32,000 bases of DNA from Allobaculum fili (GTDB lineage Bacteria > Bacillota_I > Bacilli_A > Erysipelotrichales > Erysipelotrichaceae). Location: NCBI RefSeq assembly GCF_020969955.1, contig NZ_JAHDSX010000017.1:13337-45336 (forward strand), written 5' to 3'. Made by a program: the position numbers and the translations under genes. The notes beneath the pieces are model-generated. The model was not told the origin of the DNA. It made no database searches and saw nothing but the letters and a program-made list of their open reading frames with translations. Shown piece after piece: positions 26,285 through 32,000 of the stretch (its first letter is position 1; the number at the start of each line of letters is the position of its first letter).

Positions 26285-26465
26285 TTCATTTCTCCTTCTT
26301 CAGACTTCAAAATTTCGGCTGCACAAACCCAGGGCAAAGACGAACACGCGCCCGTCCCCCAGACAGCCAGAAAGGATCGAACAGCCCGCCATGAGGCGGC
26401 ATTCGATCCTTTTCAGTATAAAGCCATATTCGTATTTCCTGTACAAATCCTGTGTTTCCAAACCT

Positions 26466-27659
26466 TTACTGCAAATACTGCAAAGCTTCGGCACCATCCG
26501 TATCCCCGTAGATCTCCGTGCGGTCACCGTACACATTGGGATCGTAGGCGTTTGGATCGGTGTAGTAGCCGTTTTCGTTAATCGGGGCATCGTAGGCATC
26601 CTCGACGTATGGCGTATTGAGATCCTGACCGGCTGGATCGGTAAGCGGCTGGCTTTCCGGTACCGTTTCGTCGCTGCTTTGCGTGGAATCGGCTGGTTCC
26701 GGCGTTCCGGAGAAGATCAGATCGAGATCAATGCGGTTTCCTCCGGACTGGGAGTACAGCGTATAGTCGGCTGGAATTTCACTGCCGTCAATGCGCAGCC
26801 AGTTATAAACCGACGGACCGGAGAAGACGACGGACAGCGTGCCGCTCTGTCCCGCCTGCAGGGTGTACGTATATTCCCCGCTGACGACCTGAGAAAAGGC
26901 GGGCGCGCCGTTCCACGTAATGGTCACGGTCTGGCTGCCGACCGCGTAAAACTGTACTTGCACTTGCGGCTGGGAGGACAGAAAGCCTTCAACGCGGTAA
27001 GTGTTTTCGGATTCGAGCGAGCTGATGCGAAGCGTCGGCTTTTCACTTTCCGGCTGCGCATCCGAGCTGCGCTTGGACTGCAGATCCTGCGCAAGGCGCT
27101 GGGTTTCTTCTTCCTTGGCCAGCCGCTCTTCTTCCATCTGCTTTGCACGCGCGGCATAGGCTTTTTGCGCGACGGAATTCTGATAGGCGCTTAAGGCGAA
27201 CAGTCCGGCTACGGCAGCCACGATCAGAAGAATCATGCCTTTGGAAATTTTCTTGCCGCCCCAGCTGAGCTTTCGCGAGAGCGATCCGGCGCTGCGTTCG
27301 AGAAACGATTTCTTGCGGCGGCGTTTTCCCTTGCGCACCGTAGCTTTAGTCGATTTGGCCTGCGGCATCGTTTCGATCATCTGGATCTGGGCCTGATAAA
27401 GCGCCTGATCGCGCGCCTGGGCATAGCGGGAAACGTCTTCATCGACTTCCTTGCGGATCATGTCCCAGTTGACACCGATCGCATCGCAGTACGCATGAAT
27501 AAAATAGCGGACATACGAAAAGTCATCTGAAAACAGATCCAGATTGTGTTCTTCAATCGCGCGGATAAATTCGGGCTTCAGCCGCGTCTGTGCCGATACG
27601 TTTTCAATGGACAGGTGCAGGCTTTCCCGTCGATGTTTCAGTGTCTGATAATAGGGCAT
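26466..27659 (-). CDS. rodZ: RodZ-like cytoskeleton protein (HTH, TM, C-terminal DUF4115-like domain)
   Basis: N-terminal HTH (LKHRRESLHLSIENVSAQTRLKPEFIRAIEE), basic linker, TM GMILLIVAAVAGLFALSAY and a beta-rich C-terminus. GGAGGAGC RBS before ATG 27659. Sits in the rodZ-pgsA-cinA-recA order known from Bacillus. Confidence 0.8.
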   Translation of the reverse strand: MPYYQTLKHRRESLHLSIENVSAQTRLKPEFIRAIEEHNLDLFSDDFSYVRYFIHAYCDAIGVNWDMIRKEVDEDVSRYAQARDQALYQAQIQMIETMPQAKSTKATVRKGKRRRKKSFLERSAGSLSRKLSWGGKKISKGMILLIVAAVAGLFALSAYQNSVAQKAYAARAKQMEEERLAKEEETQRLAQDLQSKRSSDAQPESEKPTLRISSLESENTYRVEGFLSSQPQVQVQFYAVGSQTVTITWNGAPAFSQVVSGEYTYTLQAGQSGTLSVVFSGPSVYNWLRIDGSEIPADYTLYSQSGGNRIDLDLIFSGTPEPADSTQSSDETVPESQPLTDPAGQDLNTPYVEDAYDAPINENGYYTDPNAYDPNVYGDRTEIYGDTDGAEALQYLQ

Positions 27660-27962
27660 AGCTCCTCCCTCGGTTCTCAATTATAGCAAAACACCTTCCA
27701 TGATCCGATCGGGATTGGCTGTGGCAGTATGTGAAGTTGTCAATATATTTTGGGACGCCACCTAAAGATAAAGCGTTTTTGGCCTATATCCCATTTTTTA
27801 GAAGACCCAAAGGAGCGGAATTTCTCCGTTTTTCTGTCCCGTTTGCACGCCGTTTTAACGCGCAGTCCACACGATGCAGCGCCAGGTTCTTCGCCCGGCG
27901 CTTCGTTTCTTCTCTTTTCTTTTTAAGATGTTCTGCTTTTTTCGCGTCGTTGCAAAGCCAAT

Positions 27963-27987
27963 AAAAAAGCATCTCTGCGGATGCTTT
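27963..27987 (-). terminator. terminator of the GNAT gene
   Basis: AAAGCATC (27966-27973) / GATGCTTT (27980-27987) stem, followed on the minus strand by T6. Confidence 0.65.
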
Positions 27988-27993
27988 GATGGT

Positions 27994-28491
27994 TTATTCA
28001 CGATTTTCGAGATCCATTTTCATGATATTCCAGGTTTCGCCGCCGTGGGTGGATTTCGAGCGTCCCTGGTTCTGGAACCCGAGTTTTTCATAAAAAGGAA
28101 GGTATTTGTCCTTGCAAAGCAGGATGATTCCCTTGCGTGAGTCTTCGATGCAGTCCTTGATGACTTCCTTCATCAGGATCGAGGCGTAGCCGCGGCCGGT
28201 AAATTCCGGACTGGTGGCTACGGAGAAAATGAGCTGATAGCTGCCGTCTTCGTCGTGAAGTACCGCTTTCTCATACATTTCATCTTCCAGATCCGGTTTG
28301 TCGGATACCATGCCGTTCACCATGCTCACCAGCTGACCGTCACGTTCGAGCAGCCAGAAATGGTTGGGAAATACATTCAGTCTTTCCTTGAGCGCCTCAT
28401 AGCCTGCGGCTTCCGCTTGCGGATAGCACTCTTTTTCCAGGCTGTAAATCCGATCCAGATCATCCGGACGGGCACTTCGAATTTCAAGCAT
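27994..28491 (-). CDS. GNAT-family N-acetyltransferase
   Basis: The acetyl-CoA-binding segment SVATSPEFTGRGYASILM (Q/RxxGxG/A-like) and the overall ~165-aa GNAT layout. GGAGG RBS. Confidence 0.85.
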   Translation of the reverse strand: MLEIRSARPDDLDRIYSLEKECYPQAEAAGYEALKERLNVFPNHFWLLERDGQLVSMVNGMVSDKPDLEDEMYEKAVLHDEDGSYQLIFSVATSPEFTGRGYASILMKEVIKDCIEDSRKGIILLCKDKYLPFYEKLGFQNQGRSKSTHGGETWNIMKMDLENRE

Positions 28492-28817
28492 TCTAATTTC
28501 CTCCAGTTTGCATCAGATTCCGTCGCCGCATCAGGCGGCTCTGCACCTTTTTCTGGAATCGACTCTTTTCCCATCCCATTTTTTGGGCCGAGAGATCTTC
28601 TCCAGAAACGTACAGTCGCAAAACGGATCCTTCGTGTACAGAAAACTTATCCCTTTACGGTGATATGCGCTGATTATACCAAAGCGAATAAGCGAACTTG
28701 CCCTGTCCCGCGCAAGATTTGTACTTTTTGGACTTCGGCGTTTGTTTTTTGTGCAATTCTTTACGGATTTCTTTTCGGCCTCCTATGGCGTTCTGGAATT
28801 TTTTTGCCGTCTGGCCG

Positions 28818-29441
28818 CTAGTTTTTATCTGCAGAACGTTTCTGGGGTTCTGCGGTCCGGCCAGCCTGCTTTTTTACATGTGCCAGCTCGACGTAGTGAT
28901 GGGCCGAAAAAATCCCGTTTTCAATCTCCTGACTGCTGAGCTGGCGTACTTTTCGAGCCGGAATGCCAAGATAGAGCGTTCCCGGTTCGACTTTCTTGCC
29001 TTCGCCGACCAGCGCGCCGGCACCGACAATTGCGCCTCTTCCGATTACAGATCCATTGAGTAAAATGGCCCCCATGCCGATCAGCGCGCCGTCTTCGATC
29101 GTGGCGCCGTGAATAATCGCCCGATGCCCGACGGTAACATCCTGCCCGATCACAATGGGATAGCCTGCATCGGTATGAAGAACGCATCCGTCCTGAATAT
29201 TGGAACGGTCGCCGATCGTAATCGGTTCGCTTTCGGTACGAATGACCGCATGCGGCCATACCGAAACGTCAGCGCCAAAGCGCACATCGCCGTCAATCAC
29301 CGCAAAATCGCCGCGATAAAACGGCTCCTTTTCAAACGCCGTAGGCTTTTCTTTCGCGCTTTTCTCCAGAAGGGATCCCTCCGTCTTCCATTGTGACCCG
29401 TCGTTTTCCGTCTGGAAATATTCAGTATGTTCTTTGTGCAT
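28818..29441 (-). CDS. gamma-carbonic-anhydrase-family / hexapeptide-repeat (LbH) protein
   Basis: Left-handed beta-helix hexapeptide repeats with the His pattern of gamma-CA/YrdA/PaaY (VWPHAVIR...CVLHTD...GHRAIIHG). ~40-aa N-terminal extension. GGAGGA RBS. Confidence 0.85.
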   Translation of the reverse strand: MHKEHTEYFQTENDGSQWKTEGSLLEKSAKEKPTAFEKEPFYRGDFAVIDGDVRFGADVSVWPHAVIRTESEPITIGDRSNIQDGCVLHTDAGYPIVIGQDVTVGHRAIIHGATIEDGALIGMGAILLNGSVIGRGAIVGAGALVGEGKKVEPGTLYLGIPARKVRQLSSQEIENGIFSAHHYVELAHVKKQAGRTAEPQKRSADKN

Positions 29442-29611
29442 AGTTATCCTCCGCTTCTTTTTTGGCTTTGGCCCTGGGCTTTCGTCCGGTTCTTTTCTGC
29501 ATCCATATTAGATGGATCCGCAGGCTCCTGCGCAGATATTGATTGATTTCCCATTTTCAGCAGAATTTGACACCGCCCGGCAGACGCAGCATTGCGAAAC
29601 GTCTGCTTCCA

Positions 29612-29668
29612 TAGGCAAAAATCCGCGGAAAAGCCGGGATGGCTTCGTTTGAAGCGCTCCCGGCTTTC
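29612..29668 (-). terminator. terminator downstream of the interrupted lipoprotein gene
   Basis: AAAGCCGGGA (29630-29639) / TCCCGGCTTT (29658-29667) stem, followed on the minus strand by TTTTCCGCGGATTTTT. Confidence 0.55.
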
Positions 29669-29785
29669 TTTCCATTTCATTCATGCAAATTCATTCATCT
29701 GTGCAGACCGGCGGCTCATCCCTGAAATCGGGTCATCCTGAAAAGAGTTCTGCATCGGTTTTTCGACTCGCTTTACCCGAATACT

Positions 29786-30661
29786 TTATTCGGATACGGA
29801 AGGCGCCAGGCAGTACCAGGCCACGCCTTCTCTTGTCCAGCCGTTTTCTTCCAGGCGGTTCAGCTCATCGTTTTCGGGAGAGTACGTACGGAAACCGGAA
29901 GCGGCATTGTACAGGCGATAGACCGGTTCGCCCTGCGCATACGATTTTCCAAAGCTCTCCTCTTCTGTCCAGCCTTCGTTTACGAGCTGTTCGATCTCAG
30001 CGGCATTGACGGAGTAGAAGATATCTCCCGTTTCCGGGTTTCTGGCCGTATAAATATCGGAATACGAAGATTCATCGTCCCGAATATTTTGCGATGGGGC
30101 GTTCAGACAGACGGCTCCAGCCAGAGTCCAGCCGGGATAATCGGATTCCTGCGGCGCGCTGGCAGAGCATGTGAAGATGTGCTGGCCGCTTTGCGGATTT
30201 TCAAAGTGGTAAACCGGTTCGCCGACAATCACATTCAGTACGGGAGCAATCGCAATGGCCTCCAGATTCTTTCCCGGATTTGCCTTTTCCAGGCGCTCCA
30301 GAGAATCTTTTGTGTATTCGAAGGAAATGGCAAGCGAACCTGTGCCAGGCTGAATGGCTTTCTACGTATTGTCGGCATTCACTTTAAGAAGCTCCGGATC
30401 CGATTCCAGATGGTAATCGGCTTCCATGTCAACGCCGTCGATGTCATCGATGCGAATCTGGAATACCCCGGTCATTCCAGGAGAGAGTTTCTGGTACATT
30501 TCCGGGTTTGTTACTTCAAAACGGGTCGGGCTGACATCAACCGTCGAATCCGGATTTTCGGATATCTTTTCCGTCGACTTAGCACATCCGCCAAGTCCCA
30601 GGACGGACAGCCCGAATGCGGTACTCATAAAAACGAGGGCGAAGCTTTTTCTGTGGTTCAT
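29786..30661 (-). pseudogene. lipoprotein with YNPN/GW-type repeats, interrupted by one in-frame TAG (30362-30364)
   Basis: Track ORFs 30362..30676 (lipobox LGLGGC) and 29786..30232 share a frame. The 43 codons between them are open (KAIQPGTGSLAISFEYTKDSLERLEKANPGKNLEAIAIAPVLN). AGGAGG lies before ATG 30661. There is no RBS before the downstream GTG at 30232. Confidence 0.6.
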
Positions 30662-30766
30662 AAGAATCCTCCTCATTTCTTAAAGGACATGACATGGAAA
30701 AAAGCTTTTGTTCGGATCCAAATCAAGAGAGGCAAAAGGCCCGGTTCTCCTGCCGTCTTTGATCCG

Positions 30767-31702
30767 TTATAAATCCAGGCCGGCCAGAATGGAATTGAGC
30801 TTCTGGTAGGCGCTCTGGACCAGTTCGTTCGGGCTGGATGAAGAACTGGATTCTTCGTTCAGGTTTGTGATGGAAATACTGGTCAGCCAGCTGTTTTCGC
30901 AGTCGACGATATTTCCAGAAACCGTGCGGGCGCTTGGCGCCGCCTTGCCGGAAGCCGTAGTTCCCGCTGGATTGAAACTGTAGTAGTAAAGCGTGTCGCG
31001 GCCGCCAATGCTGGAATAGAGCGCGCTGTCGGACGTTTCCAGCAGCTCGGTTTTCGTAGTGGGCGGCAGTTCGGTCTGTGTGCACGAAACGGAAATCAGC
31101 TTTCCATCCGGCGTTTCGCCTTCCACCACAAGAATATGGCCTTCATCGGCAACGGAAACCCGTGCATCTTCCTTTAAGCCAAGCGAGAGCCTCAGCTCGC
31201 TTCCCGGCAGCGTCAGAATGCCGGTCTGTTTGTCATAGCGCGTCAGCAGCTTTTTGGCGCTGTCACTGAGCTCACCGCTAGCATAGGCGTTTGCCTTATC
31301 CCGGATTTGCGGCGAAATTTCCTGCTGAAGATCCGAATCGGCTGCCTCATCCTCGAGGGAATCGATATCCGCTTCGTTTTCCTGCACTTTGGCCGCCTCT
31401 TCGGCGGATTCGGCGTACGCCTGGTCTTCATTTTCGCCATAGACGGCTTCTTCATTTTCTTCTAAAACGGCTGTGGCGATATCCGAAACCGGCGTGCTGC
31501 TGCTTCCGAAAAAGAGCGGCTTGAAAAAGCCCATAAGGGCTGCCAGCAGGCCAAAGGCCATGAGGAGAATCAATGCGTTAAAAAGGGTGGTACGAATACG
31601 GGCACCCCTGGTATTTTTCGACTTTCTGGGCAACGGGGCTCCGCAATGAATGCATCTGCGTTCGCTTGCCGGATTGTTCCGGCCACAATTTGGACATCTC
31701 AT
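30767..31702 (-). CDS. zinc-ribbon membrane protein with acidic linker and extracellular domain of unknown function
   Basis: CPNC...CIHC zinc ribbon, TM LFNALILLMAFGLLAALMGFF, an acidic stretch and a ~170-aa C-terminal domain. GAGGTGAT RBS. Confidence 0.75.
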   Translation of the reverse strand: MRCPNCGRNNPASERRCIHCGAPLPRKSKNTRGARIRTTLFNALILLMAFGLLAALMGFFKPLFFGSSSTPVSDIATAVLEENEEAVYGENEDQAYAESAEEAAKVQENEADIDSLEDEAADSDLQQEISPQIRDKANAYASGELSDSAKKLLTRYDKQTGILTLPGSELRLSLGLKEDARVSVADEGHILVVEGETPDGKLISVSCTQTELPPTTKTELLETSDSALYSSIGGRDTLYYYSFNPAGTTASGKAAPSARTVSGNIVDCENSWLTSISITNLNEESSSSSSPNELVQSAYQKLNSILAGLDL

Positions 31703-31933
31703 AGCATCACCTCAACTGTATATTACTGATGAATCTGGGCTTTTTTCTGTCTCGATTCTTAACCTTTTGTAAAAATCGATTCCCGTTTGTACAGACAAGC
31801 AGAGGCTGATACAGAGTGTTTTTCGAAAAAAGGAAAAGACAAAAACGGCTTTAGCTATCCAGTTTTATTCAATTAGAACTTTCCCAATGAGCTTAACTAT
31901 ACAAATCGCTCGTTTTTGAAATTTCATCCCATC

Positions 31934-31968
31934 AGAGAGCCTTTTTCCGAGGCTCTCTTTTTAATTTT
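31934..31968 (+). terminator. orphan plus-strand terminator-like hairpin
   Basis: AGAGAGCC (31934-31941) / GGCTCTCT (31951-31958) stem followed by TTTTTAATTTT. No plus-strand ORF lies upstream. Confidence 0.4.
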
Positions 31969-32000
31969 CCCCTGGCTCAATGACCATAACTACGATTAAC

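Noticed and set aside
27784-27972. 62-aa very basic minus-strand ORF between the GNAT gene and rodZ
   Set aside because: Its start lies inside the GNAT terminator hairpin, it has no RBS, and the composition is typical of translated A/G-rich spacer.
30362-30364. In-frame TAG as a sign of pyrrolysine or stop-codon reassignment
   Set aside because: TAG terminates several well-defined genes in this window at positions consistent with full-length homologs. No pyl genes or methylamine methyltransferases are present.
1-32000. Search for CRISPR arrays, IS/transposon ends, integrases, prophage genes and toxin-antitoxin or other defence modules
   Set aside because: No regularly spaced direct repeats, no terminal inverted repeats with target duplications, and no ORF with recombinase, nuclease, reverse-transcriptase or defence-type ATPase motifs were seen on either strand.

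Overview
This window looks like core chromosome of a mid-GC Firmicute. A lineage guess of Erysipelotrichia/Clostridia-like rests only on gene order and protein flavour, so it is low confidence. Almost everything is on the minus strand.

Genes, left to right:
- 3' end of an RlmI-like methyltransferase
- zinc-ribbon/SH3b membrane protein
- VanY-type M15 peptidase
- HAD hydrolase
- a heavily decayed membrane-protein pseudogene
- a 1163-aa transglutaminase-like surface protein
- metNIQ behind a Met-specific T-box leader
- a small orphan EIIA(Lac/Cel)-like gene flanked by about 1.2 kb of unexplained non-coding DNA
- alpha/beta hydrolase
- UDG-family protein
- pncA-pncB
- a 1669-aa secreted GH2 beta-galactosidase
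- the classical rodZ-pgsA-cinA-recA block
- GNAT acetyltransferase
- gamma-carbonic-anhydrase-like protein
- a lipoprotein interrupted by one amber codon
- a second zinc-ribbon membrane protein

I saw no rRNA, tRNA, CRISPR array, transposase, integrase, prophage or recognisable defence/toxin module. I cannot honestly point to a convincing novel multi-gene system.

The most unusual things I can support are:
1. Three independently disrupted envelope-protein genes, while more than 20 kb of neighbouring ORFs are intact. One disruption is a -1 frame offset that separates a signal peptide from its 1100-aa body, next to a GAAAAAC tract.
2. A shared YNPN..H.YT...GW..EG.GWY repeat module on two secreted proteins that lack classical anchors.
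3. The non-coding flanks of the orphan small gene, which carry a duplicated 22-bp leader element, a short inverted repeat pair and helically phased ATTAA repeats.
4. A probable leaderless mRNA.
5. A RecA with long charged tails and no visible SOS box.

All motif coordinates were indexed by hand and may be off by 1-2 nt.
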